Assembly: GCA_052426225.1 (NCBI GenBank)
Contig: JBNJNM010000006.1
Location: forward strand, 2,480,001 to 2,544,000
DNA length: 64,000 nucleotides
Direction of reading: 5' to 3'
Origin: Zancudomyces culisetae HAW-14-8
Lineage: Eukaryota; Fungi; Kickxellomycota
This document shows positions 50,584 to 64,000 of this stretch, in pieces. A program made the translations under genes and the position numbers. The notes under the pieces are model-generated. The model made no database searches. It worked only from the letters and a program-made list of their open reading frames with translations, and had not been told where the DNA came from. Numbering within the stretch: position 1 is the first letter of the stretch; each line of letters starts with the position of its first letter.

Positions 50584-52550
50584 TTTTGGGTTGATGTTAT
50601 ACATATGATGAATTTTTAAGTTTTTGATCTAGCTAGGATTTCGAATTACTGTAGAGAAAAATTAAATTAAATTAAAAGATTACTAGCTTACCTGAAGGCA
50701 TTTTCTTAAATACTCGAAAATTTAAAGGGCTATTCTAGCTTTAGTTTATCGTGAGGTTTGAATTGCTGTGTATAAATTAACAGAGAATCATACACTTCAT
50801 AATCACAAAAAGTAATATAACTGATATTCTCTACAAACCCTTAAAAAAAAATTCGTCTATTGTTGATAACAGTTAGCCAATCGCATGCTAGAAATCAGAG
50901 TTGGTGCTTTACCTGATTTGTACGATTAATGAGTGGTAATTGAGCCAGAGCTGATCAAACACATCGATAGCCGATTGTGTTGAAAATCGGAAATATCCAC
51001 TTGACATATTTCTGCTAAAATAGGAAATGAAACCGAATTAACTACTTCTCATGTAAGTCTAGCTATTTGTATCTCTAATGCAATATATTGCAAAAACTCG
51101 ACACTTTACATGCCATTGATTTCAGAAATCAATCCATGGATATACTACAAGGATCCTTATTTGATGTCAAAAAAAAAACGATACGTGATTGACTTTTCTA
51201 GGTGATGGTTTGAATAGTTTTTGCAATAGTTTACGCATCATAAGCTTAACTTGATAAAGAGGCCGTGTATTATGAGAATAATCACGGAATACTTGTTAAA
51301 AGTTGTTAGGCTTTGAACTGAGAAATGTTCGAGGCAAAGAAATGACGTGCTAACAGCTTATGTTAGTATCACACCACACATTGTTTTTTTCCGAACAATT
51401 TTCAATCTGATATTTTCACTGATTGTGGTAGTAGACTTACAGTCATAGTATTTGTTGTTTAGCTTTTAAGAAAAAGATAGTATATCGATTATACGAGTAA
51501 AAAAAAACACCTTGCTCTATTGTTATCTCTGATTGTGAACAGGATACCCGGTCATATTGGCTAGTAGGGTCGGGTTGGTCCATTTTTATATTTGTATCAA
51601 CTAGAAAATGCAACTGAATTTTCACTCCAGTACAGCTGTTAAAAACTCCCAAGAACATAATTACTTTGATTGAAAGGTAAATAGACAACACTGATGTTAA
51701 GGCAGAAATATTTCAATTATTCTGAACTTGTGCCAGTGAAATTAATATAATTTTTGAATTTTCCCAGTGGTATTTTTGCATTATTATAGGTTGCTGACTA
51801 CTACTACTAAAAGTTTATTGTCCTAACCAAGCACCATAAAAAAAGACCTCCCTGCAAAGTTACAAAGTGTACAGGGAAAACAAGTACAAACACTGCTCTG
51901 TATTTTTTTTTCTGAATATTTTCAACCAAAAGCCAGCCAAGATGGCCAATAATAATTGCTGAAGCACTAGCCAAAATTGTATTGTAATTTAAGCAGTGGA
52001 AAATAGGTCTTTAGCTGAGTAAATATTTGTAATCAGCTTTTAAGTGGTGTAACTATGTTGGGTTGGGGGTATGGCCAATGGACAAGGGGTTACATATCTA
52101 GCTCCCATTGTCCAGTTTTCTGTCGAGTCAGCCATTGGTTTTTAAACCCAGGGATTTTATATTTTCTTTCTCCCAACCCACGTTTTAAAATCCGTTTTTT
52201 TTTAATGAAATTTAATTTAGGTTTTTCAAAAGCCAGATTAAAGTAGAACATGCCAAATATCTCGGGTTGAAAGAACTAACAAATATGCTATACTAATGGA
52301 CTGATACATAACAAGCAGGCACTAGGTACTAGATATTCACATATTCCCTGTAACTAAGAATCTATTTCGGACACCATACACTAATCTACTAAGATTAATC
52401 CGCTTTATTTTTGTTGTTTTTTCTCATCTACTTTTCAATTAAAAAGAAAATAAGATCGTATGCCTTTGAGACTTTTTAATATAAAGCAGCAACTCGATAG
52501 CAAAAGCAGAATATAATCACGTTGAAAGCTTATAGATCCGCGAAAGTACA

Positions 52551-55322
52551 ATGAAATTTTCGAGTGCTCTTCAATTCAATTCTGTCCCAGAATGGGCTGA
52601 GTACTACATTGCGTAAGTGCAAGAAGATTTTATACCTTATATTTTATATCAGCAGTATTGCTGTTGAGGAATCGGAACGTGGGAATGACAAAAAATATTT
52701 AATAAATTTCTACACAAACAAAATAGGTACTCGTACCTCAAAAAGGTACTATATAACATTGAAAAAGACTTGGTTTCTGGAGTGTATGATAGTGCTGCAC
52801 AGGATTACGAACCACTATCACCAACCGAGGAGGGGCTGGAGAACAATTTCTCCTTGATATTATCTGAGCTTCCTGATGTGTCTCCTGCTCAGAGAATCGC
52901 GGTGAGAAAATTTGTAATTGAACTGAATAAAGAAATGCTCAAGATAGAAGACTTTTACAGAAAAAAGGAGGGCGAACTATCCGTCAAAACCCACAAGTTA
53001 AATGTGGATTATGAGAACTTTTTACAAAAATATGAAGATATCTTGGACAAGTTGAAAGGTAGGGTTGAAACTGATGCGGCTAGCTTTGCGAGAAGGAATT
53101 CTGTAGCAGGTTTGTGGATTGATGAACAAAATGTGGCACGACCATCGCAGTCGGCACGAACGGATGCTGATCTACTCGACGAAGATTCGGATTCGGATTC
53201 TGAAGCGGAGAGCACAAGAAAGAGCTTTTCCAAAATGATGAGAAAGAGTTCTTTTTTCAGCCGTAGAAGCGATGCTCATATGTTGGGCTCTTTTAGTGGT
53301 GGTGAAAGAACACAAGATGAACTTTCAGATTTAAAAACTAAAGAGGATATTAGAGAGGCACAATCCACCAAGAGATCGCTTACCACAAAAGCAAGAGAAA
53401 TGTATATATCCATTTCCGACCTACAAATGTATATTCAGTTGAATTTTACTGGATTTAAAAAGATACTGAAAAAATTTGACAAAGTAATAGGATGCAAGTT
53501 GAAGCTAGTTTATGAGGAACTTGTGCTCCAAAAATCATATATGTTTAGCAATGAGGCTAAAACTAAAACAAATGATTTAAGGGACGATGTTGTCTTGATA
53601 TACTCAGACATTGTTGGACACAAAACATTGAAAGACGCCATAACTGATTTAAAAACATTTGTCAGGGACCAAGTGGTTTGGGACAGAAACACTATTTGGA
53701 GAGACATGATTCAGATGGAAAGGAAAGTGGGTGCTGTTGAAATGGTTGCAGCCAGCTCAACACTGGAAAAAATGAAAAAAGAGGAATGGTCTAAAAACAC
53801 TGTACGTCTGTTTACCATTGCGCTCTGTGTTGCTGTTTTTATCTTTTTCATGATATTTAGTCCATTCACCGACAATCCTACAAGAAGATGCTGGGCGTTA
53901 TTGGTATTCGTGTCGCTAATGTGGGCCACTGAGGTAAGTAGCTTGGTGGTTGAGTATACTTTATCTTGTTCAGCTAGATCATTTTCCTATGCTGATGGCA
54001 ATATTATTATTATAACGTATGTGTATTTACCCAGATATATGATATCGGTATAGGCAATTCCACTACATGTAACTGCGTTGACTGTTCCATTGCTGGTTGT
54101 GGCTTTACAGGTTCTACTGAATCCAGATACCCAGGAACCATATGGTACAGTTGAAGCAGCAAAAATGATTTTTTCATCCATGTTCAGCTCTGTTATAATG
54201 CTACTTTTGGGCGGATTTACTATTGCAGCAGCGCTAAGCAAGCATAATCTTGCCAAGATGGCCGCATCGTGGGTCCTTTCCAAGGTGGATAACAACCCAG
54301 CGTCCGTTCTATTGGCAAACATGTTTGTTTCGACGTTTTTGAGTATGTGGATCAGTAATGTAGCATCGCCTGTCTTGTGCTTTTCTTTGATTCAGCCAAT
54401 CCTACGCACTCTTCCACCTGGACACCCTCTCGCACCATGCCTGATAATCGGTATTGCTCTGGCTTCCAATGTTGGTGGGATGGCATCCCCGATCGCGTCT
54501 CCTCAAAATATTATTGCAATTGGAATTATGGACCCAGCACCATCTTGGCTGCAGTGGTTTATTGTGTCTATCCCAGTTTGTATAATATCAAATCTTGGAG
54601 TTTGGTTGCTCCTGCTGCTTGTCTATAAGCCATCAACTGTTCCATATAAACTAAACAAAACCAGATTTGTTCCAGAAAAGCTAAACAATACTCAAATATA
54701 CGTTATAGTTGTGAGCGTGGCTACAATAACACTCTGGTGTCTTTCCTCTCAAATTTCTTGGCTCTTTGGGGATATGGGTGTACTTGCCATTCTTCCTATA
54801 ATATTTTTGTTTGGATCGCCATCCGTTCTATCTAAAGAGGACTTTAACAACTTTTTGTGGACTGTGGTTGTTTTGGCTATGGGCGGGTCTGCCCTTGGAA
54901 AAGCAGTAATGTCAAGTGGATTGCTACATAAAATATCCACAGGAATTGCTTCTTCGGTAAACGGATTGTCTACATATATGGTCATGTTTTATTTCTGCCT
55001 CATGGTACTTGTTTCCTGCACATTTATTTCACATACTGTTGGTGCATTGATCATTCTGCCCATTTTCCACGAAATTGGGTTGACATTACCTGGAAACCAA
55101 TCGCGCATGCTTGTAATGTCTTCTGCTTTGATGTGTTCTGGAGCGATGGGTTTGCCTGTAAGTGGTTTTCCCAATATGAATGCGATTATGATTGAGGATC
55201 AAACCGGAACTCCATATTTGACAGTCAAGGACTTTTTTAAGGCCGGCATTCCAGCTTCTGTTGTGGCATTCTTTGTTATTGTAACAGTTGGGTATGCCAC
55301 AATTCTATTCGCCGGATTCTGA
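52551..55322 (+). CDS. PHO91: SPX-domain low-affinity phosphate transporter (Pho87/90/91, DASS family); introns 52613-52726 and 53934-54053
   Basis: Spliced N-terminus MKFSSALQFNSVPEWAEYYIAYSYLKK; LNFTGFKKILKKFDK; VWDRNTIWRDMI; MWISNVASP; ASPIASPQN; PVSGFPN. Confidence 0.93.
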
Positions 55323-57188
55323 TATTACTTTGGTGGAAAATGACTTTTAGTAATTATCTTTATATGTCATGCACTGAGTGGCAGAACCACCTTAATAGTT
55401 TATTTTTTGCGTTTATTTTTTTTTCATGTTTCACGAATATAATGTATCTTCCTATTGGAATAAAATTGATATGGAATGTCTTTTTTTTTATTTAAGCTTT
55501 TGGGATTTTGAGACCTGTTTTCAATCCTCTACTTGTACTCAGTTGCTTAACTGAAAGGGTGCTAAAGTGGGGGAAGGGAAGGGGGGGAGCAACTATTGAG
55601 AAAACAAAGAAATTATAATGCTTAAAAAGGTCATACATGATTCGTAAAGCAAAGTTGTGAAGGGGATGGCAAGGCTCTGGGTCTAATCAGTGCACAGCAT
55701 TGTGTATTTTTTTTTTGGAAGAAAAAAGACTGGAAATATTAAAAAGAAAGAAAAAAATGATTCTGGAACGTGGCCTTGTTTAGCTGGTACAAACATTACT
55801 ATGTCTAGAAAACATCATTATCACCACAACATCTCTAAAAATAATATAACATGGAATTCGACTTACAAATAACAAATATGTACACACTATATATATACAT
55901 TTTCTACAGAAATATTGTTAGAATGACTTCAAGTGATGTACCTCCGAGGCAGATAATACTAACTCAAAAAGAAAAAATGAAATGAAATAAAATAAAATGA
56001 AATAAAATAAAAACCGAACAAATCAAAGCAAGAGGAGGTTGATTACAACCATTACAAAATTATATGGTAAAGAGTTTAAAATCGATGTTGTTTCGCGAAC
56101 AAGAGTATTTAAACCGATTGTAAAGCGTATAACGAAAGCTTGGTCATCTCAAGTCAGGCTGCTTTATTTTGTATGGAGCGGGACGTGATATTGATAACGC
56201 AATGCAGTGGTATTTATAGGTATCTCTTTTAATAATAAAGTTATGAATAAAGATGGACCAGGGGATGTTTTGAAAAGGACTTTGATATATAGTTGGACCA
56301 CGCGGCATTGAGCGTTACATAAAGTTGTATGATTACTGAAAAAATGATTAAAAATGGAAATCTATTTTTACTCCTTATAATTAGTACAAATCTGCCATAA
56401 TAAAATTGTAATTATAGCATAACTAATTATCTCACAATTGGGTATAAAATTTTTTTGCATATAAATTGGAAACGGTGCCTGATTTGTAAATGCACACCTT
56501 TTAGATTATTTGCAAGTAATATTATTTGTTTACACTGAAAAACCAAATATAATACTAACTTTTCTGTGACAAAAAATTGATTCCTAAAATTAAAAAAAGA
56601 CATTAAAAAAAAATATAGAACCTCAAGTAAAAGAAAATAGGGAATCTGATTTGAGCCCTGGTGTACACCGTAGTTGGTTTGATTACCAGAATGAACAAAA
56701 CTCAAATCGAAATAGAACAAAAAATCCTCGATTTCAATCACTGCAATTTCACGACCAACTTTATAGTAAACACCAAAAAAAGAAAAAAATAATATTCACT
56801 ATTTCCCTAATTATAACCATCTGAATATAGGCGAGTAAAGGTGACCTATATTTGAAAAGTAAATGATATTTTCGGTAAATTTCGTATACTAATTACTTGT
56901 AATTAAAAAAAAAAGCCTTTTGACATTGCTAAACTATATTTTTATTATGGATAAGCATTATTATATCTATTATTCTCTATAAAAACATTTAAAAAAGGAA
57001 TTATTTAGGTATTTTTACTTGTTAATCGAGATTTGAATATTAACTAAAAGACAGTACTTGGAGTAAAAAAGGAAAAGGGGAAGGACACAACCAATACAAG
57101 ACCTTACAAACTTAAACTATTAAAACCCAAAAGGCCTTTTCTTTCTTTTTTTTTTCCCTCCCACCAATTGAAAAAGCATATTCGAAAA

Positions 57189-59675
57189 ATGAATAAAGTT
57201 GCAAAGAGAGATGGCGAGCCTGAAAACGAAAACAGCAACAAGGTATCAGTAGGAGGAGGGCATAACAATGATCGAGAGGTCACATCTAAGAAAGACTATT
57301 CTGTGCAAACTCAACCCTTTGAAGTGAGTAAGACAAAAGAGAGGTACAGTGATGATCTTATTGATATAGTAGAGAGATTTAAGGACAACCCCGAGCTATT
57401 AAAAATGATATTGGTCGCAAAGACCGAAGAGAGTAAAGCAAAAGCAGGAAAAGAACTTCGGCTTGCCGAAGAGCTTAGACTGGAGCAAAAAAAGGCAGAC
57501 CTCGCAATTGTGAAAAATAGCAAAGGATATGACACTTTTGGCTATCCGAACAATTACGACAACTATATGGCATTTGGAGAGCCCAGAGTGTTGAGACAGG
57601 AGGGTCTGGTTAAACCGAAGCCAATAATCCATGAACTAAAAGAATCAAACGCTGATGCTGGAGACCGAGCTAGGGCTAAACGGGTTGCTGACCATGGAGA
57701 GGCGATAAATCCGCAGGATAGACCACACCTCCATACTATGAAAAACAATTCGGGAATTGTACAATTCCCAAGTATATCAGCTGAGGACTCCATATCACCT
57801 GAAGAGTATATGGGACCATTAAGCAGAGGGGTTATATCAGCAAGGCAGTACGAACATACAATTCCTCAGCGTCCAGGGCGTGCAGCCCCATCACATATTG
57901 AACCACCGATTTTTTTTCCAAAAGAGTATGATGGTTTTTATAACGACATAGATAGGAAATCACGGTTTCAACATGATAAACCCTTTCCATTTGCACAAAA
58001 TCCAACCAATGTGATGGAAAGAGTTAATAAGTTTTATGCGCACCGTGTGCCATTACACAGTGCCCCACTATATAGACATGAGTACGATCGTGGCGCTGGT
58101 GGCGCTGGTGGTGGTGGTGGTGGAGGTTACAAAAGGCATTATCCTATTGGGATGGGAGAGCGCAAGGGATTTGAGCCCTATGAAGGATATGATGGCAGGT
58201 ACATGAATGAGAATGCTGGTTACAGGTACAAAGCGAATATTATTCACTCAGCAAAGAAACCTGGTGAAGCCGAAGTTACAAAGGAGGATGAAGACACAAT
58301 AAAGCACAAGGAAGGACCGACACAACCAGGTAATGATCAAAGGGAAAACCCAACTGGAACAGCTACAACTGTGGCAAATCAAGGTGCAAAAAGCAGAAAC
58401 CGAGGATCGTTTTCCACTTCAAAGGGGTTTGGTGGCAATGGAGGAGGACTAATGATACAGACATCACAAGATAAATTAAAGAGAACACACACGGGCACTG
58501 ATGGGCCTGGTAGTAGTAGTGGCCCACTTTCGGCGCCAGTAGAGGGAGTGGCGTCTAAAAAAAAGATGGTATTGAGAGAGGATGTGATTTTGGCTCTTCG
58601 TCGAAAAATACTCAGTAAACAACGGAAAACTGGCGATAATCTGGAAGAAGGCTCGACGACAAATGCGGATGAAAAGGCACCAGATGCTAAAAAGCTTCCT
58701 GGCCTTCCACAAAAAAGCTCTTCCGAACATTTGAAGTCTAATAGTGGAGCAGAACCGCAACAACTCAGCAGATTCAGTACGCCTACTAAAGCTCAACCGC
58801 AAAGGAAGCCCAGAAAGCCGTTGACGATCAAAAACCTGGATCCGGCCCAAGTAACCAAGGATCTATTGAGCGACGAGATTGCCTCGAAACTGCCCAACTC
58901 TGCACCTCTGATGCGATCAAGACCTAGAACTCTGTCAGGTAACCATTCCTCCGCTGCTTCTCGTTCGATTCTGTCTTCAAACTCGCAAAAGAATTCTAAC
59001 ACAAAAGAAACAACGCCTCCTCGTCCTCGTCCTCCTCCTACTTCTTCAAATCGTTCTGGCAAACCACCTACTCGCCGTTCTCCGAGTATTTCGTTTTCCA
59101 AGTCAAGCGAGAACAACATTTTGCTTACAACTTCATCAGATTCTGGAGACGATACAGTCCAAAAGGTGGGCAGTTCAGATTCCGAATCAGATTGTGCATC
59201 TGTAATTATTCCTGAAGAAAAAGATAATCTCACAATTCCAGAAAGTGTAGGTGTAGATAATTCTAAAACTGAGCCGTACCATCGCCAAACATATTTCCAA
59301 GGAGGTAACACAAACCCCAACACTTCGCCTGTTTCCGATAAAAGCACTCAAAGGTATCACTTAGGTGAATCAAAATACATTGACCCAGCCCACAGCGGAC
59401 TTGTTGCGCGCTTTAGATCTTCCTCTGAAAACACTACTCCCTCCTGCAAGAATGATGCTGATATGCCCACACAACCCAGTAGCACTCAGAGCAACCGCAC
59501 AAGCATTCCAGAATCGCGTAGAAACTACATCAGTCTTGACTCCGAATCTCCATACACCAATATTGTTCCTCCTGTTAATAACATAGGCCACCCTGTCAAA
59601 ACCACTCTGCCCTCAGTTTCAAAGTTTCTCGAGGTCAGCGAGCACGACCATCGGTATTATACATTCAGAAAATAA
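57189..59675 (+). CDS. Uncharacterised, largely disordered protein
   Basis: Long intronless ORF (first ATG 57189); S/P/G/K-rich; no domain recognised. Confidence 0.72.
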   Translation: MNKVAKRDGEPENENSNKVSVGGGHNNDREVTSKKDYSVQTQPFEVSKTKERYSDDLIDIVERFKDNPELLKMILVAKTEESKAKAGKELRLAEELRLEQKKADLAIVKNSKGYDTFGYPNNYDNYMAFGEPRVLRQEGLVKPKPIIHELKESNADAGDRARAKRVADHGEAINPQDRPHLHTMKNNSGIVQFPSISAEDSISPEEYMGPLSRGVISARQYEHTIPQRPGRAAPSHIEPPIFFPKEYDGFYNDIDRKSRFQHDKPFPFAQNPTNVMERVNKFYAHRVPLHSAPLYRHEYDRGAGGAGGGGGGGYKRHYPIGMGERKGFEPYEGYDGRYMNENAGYRYKANIIHSAKKPGEAEVTKEDEDTIKHKEGPTQPGNDQRENPTGTATTVANQGAKSRNRGSFSTSKGFGGNGGGLMIQTSQDKLKRTHTGTDGPGSSSGPLSAPVEGVASKKKMVLREDVILALRRKILSKQRKTGDNLEEGSTTNADEKAPDAKKLPGLPQKSSSEHLKSNSGAEPQQLSRFSTPTKAQPQRKPRKPLTIKNLDPAQVTKDLLSDEIASKLPNSAPLMRSRPRTLSGNHSSAASRSILSSNSQKNSNTKETTPPRPRPPPTSSNRSGKPPTRRSPSISFSKSSENNILLTTSSDSGDDTVQKVGSSDSESDCASVIIPEEKDNLTIPESVGVDNSKTEPYHRQTYFQGGNTNPNTSPVSDKSTQRYHLGESKYIDPAHSGLVARFRSSSENTTPSCKNDADMPTQPSSTQSNRTSIPESRRNYISLDSESPYTNIVPPVNNIGHPVKTTLPSVSKFLEVSEHDHRYYTFRK

Positions 59676-59841
59676 ATTAATGAATAAATAAATAAACAAA
59701 CAAATACACCTCATAAAATTAGGATACTAAGGTGAAGAACGAGGAAAGGAGGGGGGGGGTGGTGGTGGTGGTGTATTGATAGTCAAACAATCTGTTTTGT
59801 TTTATATTTGATTCTGAAAGAATACAAAAGAATGCAAATCT

Positions 59842-59905
59842 AAGAGAGAGAGTGTGTGTGTGTATGTGTGTGTGTGTGTGAGAGGGGGAGTGAGGGAGTG
59901 AGAGG
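59842..59905. repeat. (GA)n(GT)n microsatellite and purine tract
   Basis: Read directly. Confidence 0.85.
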
Positions 59906-60561
59906 GAGAGGGAAAGAGAAAAAAAAGATCTGGATATATAACAAAGTATACCCGTCTGCTTTAGATTGGACCGATATTTACGCCTTTTTTTTTACGCATA
60001 AAAAAAAACCCCCCAACTTTTAACAGCAAACACAGTCATGTAAACACCTTAATTAGGAAATATATACATATAACAGGCAAAAGGGGAAAGAAGGAAAATT
60101 AAAACAAATCAACTATTGTTGCTACTATTTTTTATTGCCATTTTATTTACCATTATTTTTTTTTTGGTGTTGTACAAGATGAGGAAGGGTGGCGGGTGGT
60201 GGGGTGGGGTGGGGAAACCATTATTTGAGACATTTCATATTGAACTAATATATTAAATTTCATCATATAAATTAAATAACAAAAAAAAATATAAATAAAT
60301 AAATACAGTACAGTACAGTATACTACTTGTTTGGGTTAACTGATTCCAAATCCAGGCAAAAGAAATTTACATTGAAATGAAAAATGGAAATATTTAATTA
60401 AAAGATGTTTAGTGATTGGATGTGCTATTAGTTTTAATACTTGGTGTATAAAAATATAAAAAAGAAAAGAATATAATGAAAAATCAAATATAAAATAAAT
60501 AAAAAGTAAGGTGAAAGTAAGGTAAAAGAAAAAGAAAAAGAAAAAGGGAGGTGAGGTGGGA

Positions 60562-63500
60562 TTAAAACTGAAACTCAGAATCTAACAGTGAAGAAAACTC
60601 ATTTGATTTATTAAAAAATCCCTCGGTTATATCGCCATAGTTGGTGTCCAACTGGATAGCATTGGATATTCTACTCTGATCATCAAATGTATCCATATCC
60701 ATGTCCATCTCAATATCAATGTCATAGCCACCAGTTTCCGAATTGGATTTTAGCATACTCAAAAGCGCGTCGTTTTTAAACGCAGGTGACGAAAAGTCGT
60801 GGCTATTCAAAGGGATACTGGGTGAATGGTGTGTTGGTGGCACAGTGGCGTTCATATAAGATGTGGACTCAGTGTTTAGGGGTTTTCCAGCGCATAAAGC
60901 AAGTTCCGACAGTATCGATGTAGTTTTTGTCTTTGTTTTTGTGTTAGTGTTCGTGTTCGTGTTAGTCTTTGTTTTGGCAGAGTTCTGGACAGTAGTCGGG
61001 TTTTCTGATCCAAGTGATAGCTCAGCTGTAGTTGTTGTGGTCGTAGGAATAGCTGTTGAAAGAGATTGTAACTTTGCTAAACTAGAAAGTGTATATGATC
61101 GCATTACAGAGGGAGCAGCAGCCTGTGCATTATTTGAAAGGTGAGTTTTGGACTGTGGGTTTTCTGAAGTTGTGTGTTTGATCTCTGTGAATGATTTTTT
61201 AAACTCGGCCGGAGAAAGTATGTTGTAAGTGCTGTTAGTTTCAGTTTTCCCAAATACAGGGTGGGTCTTTTTAGAATTTATAACAATATCATGACTAGCT
61301 GTCAATGGAGAAAAGTTGAGGAACGAGTTTACCAGATTAGAATTGTCCTCTTCGTTTATGTTTATGTTTGTGTTTGTGGATGTTTGTTTTTGGGATTTCG
61401 GCTTGGTAGAACCTAAATTTGGCATGTTTGCAGCATCACCAGTTACTGTAGTAGTGTCTACAAAGCCACCTTGGTTATGAGATTGTTGTTTTAAATAATT
61501 AGATAGCAAGGGACTGGATACGCGTGGAAGACTGTCAAAAACCCTTTGCATGGATGCATGGTCGTGGTGCTGGTGCTGGAAATCATCGCCTTTGAGCCCA
61601 AGCATAGACTCCCTTGCCTTGTCACCAATACGATTCGGAATTGGTGTGATACCGCCCACCGAGGTTTTGGTGTTTAAGATACTATTTACATCCAAATCAA
61701 ACTGTACATCGTGGTCATTGGCTTCACTACTCGTCTCTATCTTTGGCAAATTGAAATTCTCAAGTGTGTAGATATCCGATGGCACGTGGCTATTTGCCAA
61801 ACGGGGTGTCCCAACACCAGGGTTTCTACCACTGGCAACTCCAATTATATCCAATTCAGCACAATGGTTCTGATTCTGGTTCTGATTCTGGTTCTGGTTC
61901 TGGTTCAAAACAGAGTCTCTATTTCCCAAATTTTTCGCAGCAAACCCGTGAGTATGATGCACAGGCATTGAGTGGGCATGATTGGTGAGAAAATCAGAAA
62001 CAAAATCGGTAGGTTGTTTCAGATGCTCATGCTGATTAAACTGTAGAGAACCCAACTGCTCGTAAAAGTCTGGAAACTCCAGCTTGACGTTACTGGGATG
62101 AGCAGATGAAGACAGATTGTTATGTAGATCCAATATCGAGTGATTGAACACAGATTCGGGCTCTGTGGAAGTTAGATAGTCAGAAATAGCGTTTGTAAGG
62201 ACAGTGTGTTGTTGTAGATTGGTGATTTGACTTTGAAAGTCTTCTAATTCTAGAGTTGTGTTTCTACTATTGCCACCATCATCGTCCAGTCCTACCCCCA
62301 ACACATCCAAAGTAGCAGCTTCGCCTGTTGCTGTAATTCCAGAATCAAAGTTCTTGCCATGAAGTGTTTTGCTTAGGGCAGATCCATGCTGATTTGATGG
62401 CTTTACAGTAGAAAGAGTATCTATTTCAGCTATGGTATAGTCAGCAAGACCGTTCAAATTGCTACCTTTTGACTGGAGACCAAAGCTCTTTGACATCAGC
62501 TCTTTCAGTGTTCCCACATCAAAGCTGGCCCTACTTAAAGACAAACCAGCGGTGGAATCCCTCCGATTGCTGGTGGACAGGTTGGAATCCTTGAAACTTC
62601 TCCCCAGTTTAGCAGCAATGGAGTTTTTTCCAGATTTGTTTTCGGAACGGCGAATTGTCTTTGAGTTGGGAAGTATCCCCTGTTTAGATAGTTTGGATTT
62701 TAGGCTATCATTTTTTCCATTCAGCTTGGATGCACTGGAGTTAGATGAGTTTGGCGCAAAAAGATTTAACAGGCTTCTTTCCGGTAAGCTAGTACTAAGC
62801 TGCTGAGCTATACTCATACCCTTGTAACCCCTTTCAAGTCTTTGTTGTTGAGTGTCTTGTGATTGTACAGAAGTGTCTGGTTTGTTCTTTCCTTTCCCAT
62901 CACTACTCGAAGATTTTTCACTAGCTTGAGTACAGTTCTCAAGAAAATCGTAAAATGTCTCGTTTGAGCCAATGGATTTTTTGTTTATATGCGTACGGAC
63001 ATGTTGGTGCAGATTGTCCATTCTCGAAAATTCCTTTTCACATCCTTGAAGCGGACATTTGTATGGTCTTTCACCAGTGTGTGTGCGAATATGGCGTTTT
63101 AAATGTTCGTGTCTCTTGAACTGTTTGACACAGTTGGGATAGCCACACACATACCGCCTTCCATTTTCGTCTATTACGCTTCCCTCAAGCTGATTTATTA
63201 TTAGCGACTTGTTAGGAAGTTCCACAAGCAACAAGTGGTTGTCCATGCTTTTACTATTCTTCAGCACCTCATTTTGTAACTCCTCCAGCAACAATCTGCT
63301 GTTGGTTGTGAACCTGCTTTCTGCAGTTCCATCATCCTGGACTTTGTCTTCAAATACAGTGTTTGGTGTCAACGTTTTATTACTACTATTACTGCTGTTG
63401 TTGTTGGGATTGTTTTCCGGTGAGTCTGAGAGAATTGGATTTTTGTTTTTCAAGTATGGATGGAATCTTAAATTTTCCATTTCGGCCTGAAGTCCCAAAG

Positions 63501-63978
63501 GAAGAGAACCACCCCAACCCGATGGAATATCGGCATTTCGTTTATTCTTTTCACTTTTCCGCTGTGTATTACCTCTAGATTTTTCTGAGAAAGAACCGGT
63601 CTTTTGTGTGTCCATTTGGCCGTTTGAAAGAAACGAAAGGTTATCGTCTGTCCTAGCATTACTTTGTGGAGATGAGTTATATTTACCAGTAGAATCAAAA
63701 GTAACTTCAGAACTGCTTTGCGGTGAATATACGTCTTGCTCTAATTTGCTTAATATAGAATCCACTTTATTCGTCACGTTGGCCAAATTCAACACATTAG
63801 AGCTCTCATCATTTCCACTCCCATTGAGTTGAGAAAATGGATTCTGGTAAGCAATCTGTGCACCAGTAGCATTGAAATCAGAAGCACCTTTTAACGAGTC
63901 GACCAGCATTTCAAAAGTATAGTCATTAATAAGCGAGTCCTTGGTGTTCAAAAGATTCAAAACATCTGGATCGTTCAT
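60562..63978 (-). CDS. C2H2 zinc-finger transcription factor (two fingers); may extend 5' beyond the window
   Basis: [55 protein letters not shown]; the frame stays open (HSPELRA) upstream of Met 63978 to the window edge. Confidence 0.88.
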   Translation of the reverse strand: MNDPDVLNLLNTKDSLINDYTFEMLVDSLKGASDFNATGAQIAYQNPFSQLNGSGNDESSNVLNLANVTNKVDSILSKLEQDVYSPQSSSEVTFDSTGKYNSSPQSNARTDDNLSFLSNGQMDTQKTGSFSEKSRGNTQRKSEKNKRNADIPSGWGGSLPLGLQAEMENLRFHPYLKNKNPILSDSPENNPNNNSSNSSNKTLTPNTVFEDKVQDDGTAESRFTTNSRLLLEELQNEVLKNSKSMDNHLLLVELPNKSLIINQLEGSVIDENGRRYVCGYPNCVKQFKRHEHLKRHIRTHTGERPYKCPLQGCEKEFSRMDNLHQHVRTHINKKSIGSNETFYDFLENCTQASEKSSSSDGKGKNKPDTSVQSQDTQQQRLERGYKGMSIAQQLSTSLPERSLLNLFAPNSSNSSASKLNGKNDSLKSKLSKQGILPNSKTIRRSENKSGKNSIAAKLGRSFKDSNLSTSNRRDSTAGLSLSRASFDVGTLKELMSKSFGLQSKGSNLNGLADYTIAEIDTLSTVKPSNQHGSALSKTLHGKNFDSGITATGEAATLDVLGVGLDDDGGNSRNTTLELEDFQSQITNLQQHTVLTNAISDYLTSTEPESVFNHSILDLHNNLSSSAHPSNVKLEFPDFYEQLGSLQFNQHEHLKQPTDFVSDFLTNHAHSMPVHHTHGFAAKNLGNRDSVLNQNQNQNQNQNQNHCAELDIIGVASGRNPGVGTPRLANSHVPSDIYTLENFNLPKIETSSEANDHDVQFDLDVNSILNTKTSVGGITPIPNRIGDKARESMLGLKGDDFQHQHHDHASMQRVFDSLPRVSSPLLSNYLKQQSHNQGGFVDTTTVTGDAANMPNLGSTKPKSQKQTSTNTNININEEDNSNLVNSFLNFSPLTASHDIVINSKKTHPVFGKTETNSTYNILSPAEFKKSFTEIKHTTSENPQSKTHLSNNAQAAAPSVMRSYTLSSLAKLQSLSTAIPTTTTTTAELSLGSENPTTVQNSAKTKTNTNTNTNTKTKTKTTSILSELALCAGKPLNTESTSYMNATVPPTHHSPSIPLNSHDFSSPAFKNDALLSMLKSNSETGGYDIDIEMDMDMDTFDDQSRISNAIQLDTNYGDITEGFFNKSNEFSSLLDSEFQF

Positions 63979-64000
63979 TGCACGAAGCTCTGGTGAATGT

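Noticed and set aside
52179-52523. Two CACGTT (Pho4-like) sites upstream of the PHO91-like gene
   Set aside because: Two hexamers in about 2 kb is close to chance expectation, with no further support.
1-64000. Recoded stop codons or selenoprotein (in-frame TGA) genes
   Set aside because: All reconstructed genes read through under the standard code with GT-AG introns; TAA, TAG and TGA all act as stops, and no Sec-type ORF was recognised.

Overview
AT-rich eukaryotic genomic DNA with short GT-AG introns and the standard code. The gene content is fungal; an early-diverging lineage such as Zoopagomycota/Harpellales-type insect-gut fungi is my inference only. It holds about 19 protein-coding genes: ULP2-like SUMO protease (runs off the left edge), secreted DPP5 peptidase, BST1, RPS1, RPA32-like, RPB5, Sfp-type PPTase, two half-size ABCA transporters, SHO1, a long coiled-coil protein, AP-3 beta, LRO1/PDAT, PHO91-like SPX transporter, an orphan disordered protein, a C2H2 transcription factor, and two copies of a secreted protein. 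ULP2, RPB5, the PPTase and SHO1 are missed or fragmented in the ORF track. The standout is the direct-repeat pair of secreted-protein genes (35469-37398 and 44410-47701) flanking the second ABCA gene. Each has a second exon, absent from the ORF track, encoding a His/Lys/Tyr-rich tract, a LysM domain and a hevein/CBM18 domain, with no chitinase domain. Their promoters, N-termini and introns read as identical, but the central modules are unrelated: a Thr/Ser mucin-like tract versus a 540-aa strictly alternating K/E-T/D polyampholyte. This resembles a modular chitin-binding adhesin or effector pair with variable central cassettes. No tRNA, rRNA, CRISPR or intact transposon was recognised.
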